64,000 bases of DNA from Thermoanaerobaculia bacterium (lineage in GTDB: Bacteria > Acidobacteriota > Thermoanaerobaculia > UBA5066). The position numbers were made by a program, and so were the translations under genes. This document shows positions 36,805-47,314 of the stretch, one piece after another (the first letter of the stretch is position 1; each line of letters begins with the position of its first letter). The DNA lies in assembly GCA_038245905.1 (NCBI GenBank), contig JBBRRY010000002.1, positions 128,001 through 192,000 on the forward strand, given 5' to 3'. The notes below the pieces were generated by a model. It saw only the letters and a list, made by a program, of their open reading frames with translations, had not been told where the DNA came from and ran no database searches.

Positions 36805-37413
36805 TCAGATCTCCCGGCGGCCCGAAAGGGACCTCGAGAGGGTGACTTCGTCGGCAAACTCGAGCGCGGCGCCCACCGGCAGGCCCAGTGCGAGGCGCGT
36901 CACTCGTACGCCGAGGGGCTTGAGCCGGCGCGCGAGATAGAGGGCCGTGGACTCCCCTTCAACGTTCGGATTCGTCGCGAGGAGGACCTCGTCGACGGCT
37001 TCCCCCTCGGCGGGATGCTCGACGCGCGCGACGAGATCGGCGACGTGGAGGTCGTCCGGCCCGATGCCGCGAAGCGGCGCAAGCACCCCGGCGAGCACGT
37101 GATAGCGGCCGCGGAACTCGTGGGTCCGCTCGAGAACGTAGACGTCCGCGGCGTCCTCGACGACCGCGAGAAGCCGCCGGTCGCGCGTCGGATCCGTGCA
37201 GATGTTGCAGGGATCGGTCTCGGTGAGGGCGTGGCAGATCGAGCACGAACGCATGCGCTCCCGCGCCTCGGCGACCGCCGCCGTGAGGGCCCCGGCCTCG
37301 TGCTCGGGAGCGGCGAGGAGGTAGTACGCGAGCCGGCGTGCGCTCTTCGGCCCGATGCCGGGCAGCCTCTCGAGAGCCGCCACGAGGCGCTCGAACGCCG
37401 GAAGCGCGGCCAT
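36805..37413 (-). CDS. recR: Recombination mediator RecR
   Basis: LPGIGPKSA.RL, C4 zinc finger, ATNPNVEGE.TA, LEFAD..TL. Confidence 0.95.
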   Translation of the reverse strand: MAALPAFERLVAALERLPGIGPKSARRLAYYLLAAPEHEAGALTAAVAEARERMRSCSICHALTETDPCNICTDPTRDRRLLAVVEDAADVYVLERTHEFRGRYHVLAGVLAPLRGIGPDDLHVADLVARVEHPAEGEAVDEVLLATNPNVEGESTALYLARRLKPLGVRVTRLALGLPVGAALEFADEVTLSRSLSGRREI

Positions 37414-37416
37414 TCG

Positions 37417-39237
37417 TCAGCGGCCCTTCGCCCGGTCGGGGCCGCCGTCACGTTTCACGTCGGCGATCTCGCCGCCGAAGAGATCCATCATCCTCTTGAC
37501 GCGCTCGTCGGTCGCAACTTTCATCTTCAGATGCTCCCTTTCGAGGGTCTGGGGGTCTGCGTTTTCGGCAGCCGCGGTGAGATCGCCGGCCGGCGGGGAC
37601 ACGCTTTCGACGGCCACCCGGGCACCGCGCCCGAGGACGGCGACGGCGGCTTCCTCGAGGACCTTCAGCATCGCCGGCTCGGCGAGGCGCCTTTCGGCGA
37701 CGGGGCTCGGAGGATCGAGAAACACGAGAACGGTCTTCCCCTCGAAGCGGATCGACGCGTCGTCGAGGACGGCCCCGAGCTGCGAGTGTTTCTTCTCCAC
37801 GGCGGCGCGGAACGCGCCCGCGGGATCGGGCGTCGAGAGAGGCTCGGGAACGATCTCCAGCGGCGTCAGACCGACGAAGCGGGGCACGTCGGAAGAAGAG
37901 GAAGAATCTTCTGTTTCGGACGGCGACGGGTGGCGGCTTCCCGATCCGTGCTTTGCCGCAGCAGCCGCAGCGTCCGAAGGAGATTTCTTAGAAGGGGAAG
38001 AAAGAGGAGAAGAAGAACCCGGGGCTCCCTTTCCTCCTCCTCCGGTTCCCGAATTTCTCCCAGCAAGAAATTCTTCTATCGGGATGAGCCTCGGCAGCTC
38101 CGCGAGCTTCAGGAGCAGCACCTCGAAGGCGAGGGCGGGCACGTCCGAACGCCTGAGCGTGCCGTCGGATTCGGACAGGAGAGAGAGCAGCCGGAGGAGC
38201 GTAGCGTATGGCGTCGTCCGCGCGAACTCGCGGATGCGTTCGGCGCCTTCTTCCGAGAGCCCGGCGGGCGGCGGAGCGCTCGCGTCGGCCGCGAGACGGA
38301 CGGCGCCGCGCACGAGAGCCGTGAAATCGTGGAGCGTGGCGCGGGGCTCGGCGCCCGCGGCCTCCAGCTCGGCGCAGCCCTTGAAGACGGCGATGCGGTT
38401 CGAGGCCAGTACCGCGCCGAGAAGCACCACGAGTTGGGTACGGTCCGGCGTTCCGAGGAGAGCTTCCACGTCTCGCACGGCAACGCCGCTTCCGGAGCGT
38501 ACGGCGGCCTGGTCGAAGAGCGAGAGGCCGTCCCTGAGGCTGCCCGTCGCGGCCGCGGCCAGGGCGGCAAGAGCGGCGCGCTCGACGACGGGTTTCTTTC
38601 CTTTCGCCTCGCGTCCCCCGTCCACGATTTCGAAGCCTTCGCGCCCGGCAATGTCGACGAGGCGGCCCGCGACCTCGTCATCCGTGAGGCGGCGGAAGTC
38701 GAAGCGCTGACAGCGCGACAGGATCGTCGCGGGGATCTTGTGCCTCTCGGTCGTCGCGAGAATGAAGACGGCGTGAGATGGCGGCTCTTCGAGAGTCTTC
38801 AGGAGCGCCTGAAAGGCGGCCGAGGAGATCGCGTGGACCTCGTCGATGATGAAGACTTTGCGGCGGTCGCGAGACGGAGCGTACGAGACGATCTCGATGA
38901 GGTCGCGCGCCTGGTCGACCTTCCCGTGCGTGGCGCCGTCGATCTCGAGCGTGTCGAGCGACCGGCCTTCGAGGACTTCCAGGCACGACGCGCACGTGCC
39001 GCACGGCGTCGCGGTGGGACGGTCCGAGGTGTTGCAGTTGATGGCCGCGGCGAGGAGGCGCGCCGTCGTGGTCTTGCCCACGCCGCGCGGCCCCGAGAAG
39101 AGGTACGCGTGCGCCAGCCGGTCGGCCGAGACAGCATTCGTCAGGGCGCGGACGATCTCTTCCTGCCCGACGACGTCCGCAAAAGTGCGGGGCCGCCACT
39201 TGCGGGCGAGGGGGACGTAGGCCGGGGAATCGCTCAC
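37417..39237 (-). CDS. dnaX: DNA polymerase III subunit gamma/tau
   Basis: LARKWRP.TF, GPRGVGKTT, zinc module, IIDEVH, LKTLEEPP, SRCQ; start reset to GTG 39237. Confidence 0.95.
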   Translation of the reverse strand: MSDSPAYVPLARKWRPRTFADVVGQEEIVRALTNAVSADRLAHAYLFSGPRGVGKTTTARLLAAAINCNTSDRPTATPCGTCASCLEVLEGRSLDTLEIDGATHGKVDQARDLIEIVSYAPSRDRRKVFIIDEVHAISSAAFQALLKTLEEPPSHAVFILATTERHKIPATILSRCQRFDFRRLTDDEVAGRLVDIAGREGFEIVDGGREAKGKKPVVERAALAALAAAATGSLRDGLSLFDQAAVRSGSGVAVRDVEALLGTPDRTQLVVLLGAVLASNRIAVFKGCAELEAAGAEPRATLHDFTALVRGAVRLAADASAPPPAGLSEEGAERIREFARTTPYATLLRLLSLLSESDGTLRRSDVPALAFEVLLLKLAELPRLIPIEEFLAGRNSGTGGGGKGAPGSSSPLSSPSKKSPSDAAAAAAKHGSGSRHPSPSETEDSSSSSDVPRFVGLTPLEIVPEPLSTPDPAGAFRAAVEKKHSQLGAVLDDASIRFEGKTVLVFLDPPSPVAERRLAEPAMLKVLEEAAVAVLGRGARVAVESVSPPAGDLTAAAENADPQTLEREHLKMKVATDERVKRMMDLFGGEIADVKRDGGPDRAKGR

Positions 39238-39263
39238 GGTCCTCGACTGTACTCGATTCCCCC

Positions 39264-39387
39264 GAGCCCCCCGATGAGTCCGGGCTATCCGCGGCGCCCG
39301 GGCCTTTCTCCTGAGTGCTGCTTCCTTCCGGATCTGACACGGTTCGGAGGGGACCGTCGCGCGGGACCCGAACTCATCCGGGGGCCC
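39264..39387 (-). ncRNA. ffs: Signal recognition particle RNA (4.5S, small)
   Basis: Minus-strand GTCAGATCCGGAAGGAAGCAGC domain IV core within a long stem; canonical position upstream of dnaX; ends approximate. Confidence 0.88.
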
Positions 39388-39456
39388 GGGGGGCCGCGAT
39401 TCTAGCAGCCGGGCCCCACTTGTGTCCGGCCGCTCGCGACGGTAAAACGCGAGGAC

Positions 39457-41604
39457 GTGACCGCACCGCCCCTCCGCGTCGTCTTCATCTGGCATTTCCA
39501 TCAGCCGTGGTACCCGACCTTCGACGGCGTGCCTCCCGCGCTCCCGTGGGTGCGCCTCCACGCGCTGAAGGACTATTACGACCTCCCCGCTCTCTTGACC
39601 GAGGAGCCCCGCGTCCACCACACGGCGAACCTCGTGCCCGCTCTCCTCGACCAGATCGACCTTCTCGCGCGCGGCGGGAGCGACGCCTTCCTCGAGATCG
39701 CCCGCACGCCGACTTCGGAATGGGACGCGGCCACCGTTCGATTCGTGCGCGGAAATTTCTTCTCCGTCCATCCGCGCATCCTCGAGCGCCATCCGCGGCT
39801 GGCCGACCTCCGGAACCGGGTGGGCGCTGGTGAAGCTCTCGGAGCGTCCGACCTCACGGATCTCGTCGTGCTCTTCCATCTCGCGTGGTCCGGGCCGACT
39901 CTGCTGAAAGACCCGCTCCTCGTCCACCTCCGAAAGCGCGGGAAAGGCTTCACGGAATCCGAGAAGAACGCCCTCCTCGACCATCAGGCCGCCTTCCTCG
40001 GCAAGGTGATTCCCGCGTGGAAGCGGGCCTTCGCGTCAGGGATCGTCGAGGCCGCGACGAGCCCCTACCATCACCCGATCCTGCCGCTGCTCCTGGACTC
40101 GAGCGCGGGCCGCGACGCGCGTCCCGACCTGCCCGTTCCAGTGCCGCGTTTTTCTCATCCCGACGACGCCCGCTCGCAGCTCTTCCTCGGGCTCGCGACG
40201 TTCGAGAAGCACTTCGGCTTTCGCCCACGCGGCATGTGGCCGCCCGAGGGCGCGCTTTCGGAAGGCACACTCGCGCTCCTCGGAGAGTCGGGCGTCTCGT
40301 GGACCGCATCGGACGAGGCCGTCCTCCTCCAGTCCCTGCCGGCCGGCAGGCTCGATTTCGGCGAAGGCGACCGCGCGCGCACCGTGTTCCGGCCGTGGCG
40401 TCTCTCGGGCGTCCCGTCGCCGGACATCTTTTTCCGCGACCGGATTCTTTCGGACCGGATCGGCTTCTCGTACGCGACGTGGGATCCAGCCGACGCCGCC
40501 GCCGACTTCGTGGCGCGCCTGTTTTCGATCCGCGCCGCCGCGCCCGAGGCCGAGCTCGTCGTGCCCGTGATTCTCGACGGCGAGAACGCCTGGGAATCCT
40601 ATCCCGATAACGGCGCCCCGTTCCTGCGCGCGCTCGGCTCGGCGCTGGCCTCTCGACAAGACCTCGAAGTCGTCACGCCGTCCGAGGCGCTCGCGCGCCT
40701 CACCGCGCCGCCCGGACACCTCGAGCGCGTCGTCGCGGGCTCGTGGGTGGAGGGAACGCTCGCGACCTGGGTCGGCGCGGCGCCGAAGAACAGGGCGTGG
40801 AGCCTCCTCCACGACGCGCGCGAGGCGCTCGGCGGAGAGATCGCGGCCGCTCCAGTTCTGTCGCCCGCGGACGTACTCGCGGGCGACGCGTCGCCCGCGG
40901 TGGCAAAGGCCGCTCTGTTCGCGGCGGAAGCTTCCGATTGGTTCTGGTGGCTGGGCGACGACCACTCGTCGGCACACGACCTCGTGTTCGACGCGCTGTT
41001 CCGCCGGCATCTCGCCGATGCGTACCGCGCGCTCCATCGCCCGGTTCCGTCCGAGCTCCTCGAGCCCGTGGACCCGGTGCACGCGCCCCTCGTCGATGCG
41101 CCGCAACTGCCTCTCGGGCCGCGCGTGGACGGCGAGCCCGGGGATGCGGGCTGGAGCGGCGCGGGTCGCATCCAGGGGGGAAGCCGCGGAACGATGCAGC
41201 GCAGCGCCGGCCTCGTGAAGGAGCTCCTCTTCGGGGCTTCGGCCTCTGGAGACACCCTGTTCCTGCGCGCCGAGTCGGAAGGCGACGCCTCGAGCTTCCA
41301 CGGACGGACCCTCCGCGTCGAGTTCCTCCCGGGCCGGGACCAGGCGCCCGTCGCGGCGAACCTGCCGCTCCTTCCCGGCGTGACGGGCGAAGGCGACTTG
41401 AAGATCGCGCTCGGCGAGGTGCTCGACGTGCGCCTCCCGTGCCCGCGGGGCGCCCAGGGCGCGATCGCGTTCCGGATTTCGATCCTCGACGCGAGCGGAC
41501 GGCTGATGGAGACCATCCCCGAGGATGGATGGGTGAGATTCCGCCCGCCCGGACCCGCGTCTTCTCCGGGAAGCGTGCGACGAGCCGCGCAAACACCGGC
41601 GTAG
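39457..41604 (+). CDS. GH57 glycoside hydrolase (amylopullulanase-like)
   Basis: WHFHQP, HALKDY, HPILPL, WPPEG, LDGENAWE, AEASDWFWW. Confidence 0.9.
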   Translation: MTAPPLRVVFIWHFHQPWYPTFDGVPPALPWVRLHALKDYYDLPALLTEEPRVHHTANLVPALLDQIDLLARGGSDAFLEIARTPTSEWDAATVRFVRGNFFSVHPRILERHPRLADLRNRVGAGEALGASDLTDLVVLFHLAWSGPTLLKDPLLVHLRKRGKGFTESEKNALLDHQAAFLGKVIPAWKRAFASGIVEAATSPYHHPILPLLLDSSAGRDARPDLPVPVPRFSHPDDARSQLFLGLATFEKHFGFRPRGMWPPEGALSEGTLALLGESGVSWTASDEAVLLQSLPAGRLDFGEGDRARTVFRPWRLSGVPSPDIFFRDRILSDRIGFSYATWDPADAAADFVARLFSIRAAAPEAELVVPVILDGENAWESYPDNGAPFLRALGSALASRQDLEVVTPSEALARLTAPPGHLERVVAGSWVEGTLATWVGAAPKNRAWSLLHDAREALGGEIAAAPVLSPADVLAGDASPAVAKAALFAAEASDWFWWLGDDHSSAHDLVFDALFRRHLADAYRALHRPVPSELLEPVDPVHAPLVDAPQLPLGPRVDGEPGDAGWSGAGRIQGGSRGTMQRSAGLVKELLFGASASGDTLFLRAESEGDASSFHGRTLRVEFLPGRDQAPVAANLPLLPGVTGEGDLKIALGEVLDVRLPCPRGAQGAIAFRISILDASGRLMETIPEDGWVRFRPPGPASSPGSVRRAAQTPA

Positions 41605-41619
41605 AATCGCCGCCCTTCC

Positions 41620-43221
41620 ATGAAGCGCCCCCCGACGACGCTCGTCCTCGTGCTGCATGGCCACATTCCCGACGTGCTCGGGCACGGGACGTGGCCCCAT
41701 GGAGCGAACTGGCTCTACGAGGCCGCGGCCGAGACGTACCTGCCGTTCCTCGTCGCGGTCGAGCGGCTGCTCGTGGCCGGGATTCCCGTCAAGGCCACGG
41801 TCGGGATGACGCCCGTCCTGTGCGAGCAGCTCCAGGACCCGCGCTTCGCCCCGGGCTTCGACGCTTATCTCGCGCAGCGCGCGCGGGCGGCCCGGGAGGA
41901 CGAAGAACGGCTCCTCGCCGCGGGCGACGCGAGCGCCGCCTCCCTCGCCGCCTCCTGGTCCGCATTCTACGCCGGTCACCGCGCGGATTTCGCGCGCCGT
42001 ACGGACGGCCTCATCCCGGCCTTTCGCCGCCTCGCCGAGCGAGGCGCCCTCGAAATGATCGCGTCCGCCGCGACACACGGCTTCCTGCCGCTTCTCCCGA
42101 ACGACCGCGCAATCGACCGGCAGCTCGACGCCGGGCTCGCGACGCATCGGCGGCACTTCGGCCGCGACGCGCGGGGCGTCTGGCTGCCGGAATGCGCGTA
42201 TCGGCCGGCCGGCCCGTGGACATCCCCGGCGGACGGGCACGTCGAGATCCGGTGCGGACTCGAGGACTTCCTCGCGGCCCGCGGCGTGAAGTACTTCTTC
42301 GTGGAGACGCATCTCGTCACGGGTGGCCGGCACGTGCCGGCGTACGGCGGCGAAACGGATTTGCCCGAGAGCGGCGGCACGCCGTACTGCATCCACTCCG
42401 TGCGCGCCTCACAAGGAGAGAAGGTCGGCGTCTTCGCACGCGACCCGCTCTCGTCGCAGCAGGTCTGGTCCGGCAAGGTCGGCTATCCCGGCGACGGGCG
42501 CTACCTGGAATTTCACAAGAAACGGGCTCCGAGCGGCCACCGCTACTGGCGCGTCACGGACTCGAAGGTCGATCTCGGCGACAAGCTCCCCTACGAGCGC
42601 GCGGCCGTCGCCCTTGCCCTCGCGTCGCATGCGGAGCACTTCGTGAGGCTCCTCGAGAGCGCGCCGCCCCAGCCGGGCGGCGACGCACCCGTAGTCGTCG
42701 CCATGTTCGACTTCGAGCTCTTCGGCCACTGGTGGTTCGAGGGCGTGGACTTCCTCGAAGCCGTCTTCACGCGTCTCGCCGGGAGCGACAAGCTCGTGCC
42801 GCGCACGGCCTCCGAGGCGCTCGCAGCCTCGCCCGTGCCCGACGTTCTCGACCTCTCGAGCGGCACATGGGGCCGGGGCGGCGACTTCCAGGTCTGGTGG
42901 AACGACCACACGATCACCTACTGGAGGGAAGTCGACGCCGTCGAGCGCGCGCTCGAGATGTTCGAGGAGCGCCGCGCGTCGATCCCGCCCCCGCTCTTCG
43001 CGGCGCTCGAGCAGCAGGCGCTGCTTCTCCAGTCGTCCGACTGGCCGTTCCTCATCGACAACGAGGTCTCGAAGGACTACGCCGAGACCCGGATCAAGGA
43101 GCACGTGCGCGACTTCTGGCACCTCGCGCGCATGGCCGAGTCAGGGCTCGTGGACGATGCCGCTTTCGCGGCGATCGCCGACCGCGACCGCCTCTTCGAA
43201 GCCGAGCTCGCGCCCCGCTGA
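41620..43221 (+). CDS. GH57 1,4-alpha-glucan branching enzyme (DUF1957)
   Basis: LHGHIP, ETYLP, ATHGFLPL, WLPECAY, FD.ELFGHWWFEG, QSSDWPF. Confidence 0.92.
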   Translation: MKRPPTTLVLVLHGHIPDVLGHGTWPHGANWLYEAAAETYLPFLVAVERLLVAGIPVKATVGMTPVLCEQLQDPRFAPGFDAYLAQRARAAREDEERLLAAGDASAASLAASWSAFYAGHRADFARRTDGLIPAFRRLAERGALEMIASAATHGFLPLLPNDRAIDRQLDAGLATHRRHFGRDARGVWLPECAYRPAGPWTSPADGHVEIRCGLEDFLAARGVKYFFVETHLVTGGRHVPAYGGETDLPESGGTPYCIHSVRASQGEKVGVFARDPLSSQQVWSGKVGYPGDGRYLEFHKKRAPSGHRYWRVTDSKVDLGDKLPYERAAVALALASHAEHFVRLLESAPPQPGGDAPVVVAMFDFELFGHWWFEGVDFLEAVFTRLAGSDKLVPRTASEALAASPVPDVLDLSSGTWGRGGDFQVWWNDHTITYWREVDAVERALEMFEERRASIPPPLFAALEQQALLLQSSDWPFLIDNEVSKDYAETRIKEHVRDFWHLARMAESGLVDDAAFAAIADRDRLFEAELAPR

Positions 43222-43228
43222 GCCGGAA

Positions 43229-43318
43229 TGGCGGTGAGGGTGGGATTCGAACCCACGTTACCCTTTCAGGTAAAACGGTTTTCGAGACCGTCCTGATCAA
43301 CCACTCCAGCACCTCACC
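43229..43318 (-). tRNA. tRNA-Ser(CGA)
   Basis: GGTGAGG...ACGGT-CTCGAAA-ACCGT, long variable arm, GTTCGAATCC, encoded CCA. Confidence 0.95.
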
Positions 43319-43351
43319 GCAGTCGACAGGAGCGGCGAATTATAGGGGCAA

Positions 43352-43813
43352 CTACTTCAGAAAGCTCGCGGTCACCTTCATCTTCACGGCGTTCGGCCAG
43401 TCCACGGTCTTGATCTTCATCGGAAAGCTGAGCGTGTCGCTCGTCTGACCCTTGTCCATCGTGCCCGTCCTTCCGGCGTCGGCGACGACGTTTCCCGAGG
43501 CATCGAGCAGCACGGCGCGGAGGCGCACGCGGTGGTCGACCCAGTCGGAGTTCGCGTAGCGGAATCGCACGAGCAGGAACGTGAGGTCCTTGGGATCGTG
43601 GTCTTTCGCGGCCGCCACGACCTTCTCGTCCGGGTCGTTCTGCGTCTCCACGTCCACGAGAACGCACTTCTCCCAGTGGAGATCCAGCGGAATGCGGGTC
43701 GTGCGCGGGACGTCGACCTCCTTTTCGAGGAGCGGTCCTCCGGCGGCGAGCGCAATCGGCGCGGCAAGGCAGGCAGAAACGGCCAAGACCGCTGAACGAA
43801 GCAGTTTCTTCAT
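43352..43813 (-). CDS. Secreted hypothetical protein (distant paralog of 12694/13197)
   Basis: GAGGT RBS; signal peptide; FRYANSD and RTGTMDKG..SDT motifs match the paralog pair. Confidence 0.75.
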   Translation of the reverse strand: MKKLLRSAVLAVSACLAAPIALAAGGPLLEKEVDVPRTTRIPLDLHWEKCVLVDVETQNDPDEKVVAAAKDHDPKDLTFLLVRFRYANSDWVDHRVRLRAVLLDASGNVVADAGRTGTMDKGQTSDTLSFPMKIKTVDWPNAVKMKVTASFLK

Positions 43814-43860
43814 CAGATGGACCTCTTTCCGGCGCCATGGACGGGCACCACACCGGGGAG

Positions 43861-43876
43861 TGCGAAATGCGTGCCG
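43861..43876 (-). promoter_or_regulatory. Sigma54-like promoter
   Basis: Minus strand CGGCAC-GCATT-TCGCA, correct GG-N10-GC spacing. Confidence 0.45.
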
Positions 43877-43899
43877 GATCTTTTCTGCCGATGCGGAGA

Positions 43900-43989
43900 T
43901 GGCGGACAGGGTGGGATTCGAACCCACGGTAACCTTTCAGCTACACACGGCTTCCAACCGTGCTCCTTAAACCACTCGGACACCTGTCC
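43900..43989 (-). tRNA. tRNA-Ser(GGA)
   Basis: GGACAGG...CACGG-TTGGAAG-CCGTG, long variable arm, GTTCGAATCC, CCA. Confidence 0.95.
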
Positions 43990-44040
43990 GCGAGCGACAG
44001 AACGGGGAGGATAGAAGGGATTTCTTCGAATGGGAAGAGG

Positions 44041-45259
<1,219 letters not shown>

Positions 45260-45363
45260 TTAAGGCATGGGCCTAGGGGTGATCCGGAGTCCCAGTCTCA
45301 AACGGATAAGATATCAGAAAACGTGCCGCTCGAGTTGTCGCCGGATTTTGAGGAGGACGCCCG

Positions 45364-46719
45364 ATGCAAGGACTTCCGGTTTTCGACGACCTGCCCGGCC
45401 GGCATGCGAAGCTGACGGCGGCTTTCGAAAAGCTCGACCCGAAGCTCCGCGTTCCGACGCAGGCCATCGGACGCCGGTACACGATCGGATGCGTCGCCGT
45501 CGAGATCACACAGCGGTGCAACCTCGACTGCACGCTCTGCTATCTCTCCGAGTCGTCCGAGAAGGTCAAGGACATCCCGATCGCTCTCGTCATGGAGAGG
45601 CTCCACCGGGTTCGCGACCAGTACGGCGACGGCGTGAGCGTCCAGATCACGGGAGGCGACCCCACTCTCCGCAAGCGCGACGAGCTCGTCGCGATCGTCC
45701 GCGAGGCGGCCCGCCTCGGCCTCGAGCCCTCGCTCATGACGAACGGCATCAAGCTCACGCGCGACCTCGCCCGGGAGCTGAAGGAAGCCGGCCTCACGGA
45801 CGTCGCGATCCACGTCGACCTCACGCAGGAGCGGAAGGGCTACGCCACAGAGGAGAGTCTCGACGCGGTCCGCCAGGAGTATGTCGAGCGCATGCGGGGC
45901 CTTGGCCTCCACGTCATCTTCAACACGACCGTCTACGACGGGAACTTCGCCGAGATCCCGGCCCTCATCCGCTTCTTCTCGAAGAACGCCGACGTCGTGG
46001 GCCTCGCCTCGTTCCAGATCCAGGCGGCGACGGGCCGCGGCGTCATCACCGAGAAGACGAGCGCGATCACGCTGCCGAGCGTGCGCAAGCGCATCGAGGA
46101 GGCCTGCGGCGGCACCGCGCTCGGATGGGACAACATCCGCGTCGGCCACCCGGATTGCAACTCGGTTTCCTACGTCCTCCTTGCGAAAGACCGCTTCATC
46201 GACCTGAACGCCGATCCCGAGCTCTTCGCCGCGATCATCCGCGAGACGACGGACATCCGGTACTCCCGCATCAACGCGTTCCGGACGTCTGCCCGCGTCT
46301 TCGCGTGGGCGCTCACGCGCCCCGCGTTCGTCTTCCTGATCCTGAGGCGGCTCCTGGCCTTCACGGCCCGGAACGCGAAGGCGCTCTGGACGGGCCGCGC
46401 GGAGATCCGGAAGCTGACGCTCATCATCCACAACTTCATGGACGCCGCGGAGCTCGACCCCGAGCGCATTGCGGCCTGCAGCTTCATGGTGGCGACGGAC
46501 AGGGGCTTCGTCTCGATGTGCGCGCACAACGCGGCGCGCGAAGCCTTCATCCGCAAGCCTCTCGAGGTCGCGACCGCCGAAGGTATGAAGGTGTGGGACC
46601 CCCTGACGGGGCTGACCCTCCCGGCGGCCGCGCGCGCCGAGCCCGCGCCGCGCATCCTCCCCTCCGTGCTCTCGGAGATCCCCGGCACGTCACTTCCTGT
46701 TTTTGCCGGCGGGAAGTAA
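45364..46719 (+). CDS. Radical SAM protein, COG1964/Tes-like
   Basis: CNLDCTLC, QITGGDPTL, TNGI, HPDC, C-terminal ERIAACSF...SMCAHN; GAGGAGG RBS. Confidence 0.8.
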   Translation: MQGLPVFDDLPGRHAKLTAAFEKLDPKLRVPTQAIGRRYTIGCVAVEITQRCNLDCTLCYLSESSEKVKDIPIALVMERLHRVRDQYGDGVSVQITGGDPTLRKRDELVAIVREAARLGLEPSLMTNGIKLTRDLARELKEAGLTDVAIHVDLTQERKGYATEESLDAVRQEYVERMRGLGLHVIFNTTVYDGNFAEIPALIRFFSKNADVVGLASFQIQAATGRGVITEKTSAITLPSVRKRIEEACGGTALGWDNIRVGHPDCNSVSYVLLAKDRFIDLNADPELFAAIIRETTDIRYSRINAFRTSARVFAWALTRPAFVFLILRRLLAFTARNAKALWTGRAEIRKLTLIIHNFMDAAELDPERIAACSFMVATDRGFVSMCAHNAAREAFIRKPLEVATAEGMKVWDPLTGLTLPAAARAEPAPRILPSVLSEIPGTSLPVFAGGK

Positions 46720-46738
46720 CCTGGCTGGCAGCGCTCCT

Positions 46739-47197
46739 TCAGCCTTTTCGAATGCGGTCCCAGGCGTCCTTCACGCCGTCCCGGTAAATGCGCCAATCGT
46801 CGCCGACCGCTTCCCGCTCCTTCCGCCACTCGGCGGCGAGCTCGTTCTCGAGGTCCCCGAAGGAGCGGTGGGCATTTTCCGGCCGTCGCGCGCTCTCCCA
46901 GCCGAAGCGGTAAGCGGGCCCCCAGTGCTCGAAGGTCGTTCCTGGCTGGTAATACGGGCGGAGCCGATACTGGTCCTGCCAGAATCGCTCCTCCTCCGTG
47001 GCATCGAATTCCGAGGCGAAAGTGTTTCCCGCGATGGCGCCGGCGGCCGCACCGACGGCTCCGCCGATCACCGCTCCGAGCGGACCGCCCATCGCAGCAC
47101 CGGCAACGGCCCCCGCGGCGCCCGCGCCCAGCCCACCGATTGCCGTCGCGACCGGATGGTTAGGCGGAACGACGGTTCTCTTTTCACTTTCTTTCAT
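46739..47197 (-). CDS. Glycine-zipper small protein
   Basis: GG.GAGAAGAVAGAAMGGPLGAVIGGAVG; PAYRFG; DAWDR; GGAGG RBS. Confidence 0.75.
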   Translation of the reverse strand: MKESEKRTVVPPNHPVATAIGGLGAGAAGAVAGAAMGGPLGAVIGGAVGAAAGAIAGNTFASEFDATEEERFWQDQYRLRPYYQPGTTFEHWGPAYRFGWESARRPENAHRSFGDLENELAAEWRKEREAVGDDWRIYRDGVKDAWDRIRKG

Positions 47198-47219
47198 TGG
47201 AGCCTCCGACGAAAAGTGC

Positions 47220-47234
47220 GCAAGGCCTGTGCCA
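47220..47234 (-). promoter_or_regulatory. Sigma54 (-24/-12) promoter
   Basis: Minus strand TGGCAC-AGGCC-TTGC, exact consensus, just upstream of the 47197 start. Confidence 0.7.
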
Positions 47235-47314
47235 CTTCGAGCCGCAGGCAGCGCGGCACGCAATGTGCCCACACTCCGGCCGGCGCACATAATGCCGAGA
47301 GGAAGACGAAGACC

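Noticed and set aside
36742-39405. 887-aa plus-strand ORF and similar long Arg/Gly/Ala-rich ORFs (e.g. 60035-63130, 40743-43448, 30089-32248)
   Set aside because: Shadow or antisense frames of real genes, expected at this GC content; no motifs
39238-39984. Long N-terminal extension of the dnaX ORF
   Set aside because: Runs through the SRP RNA and antisense to GH57; conserved DnaX begins near 39237
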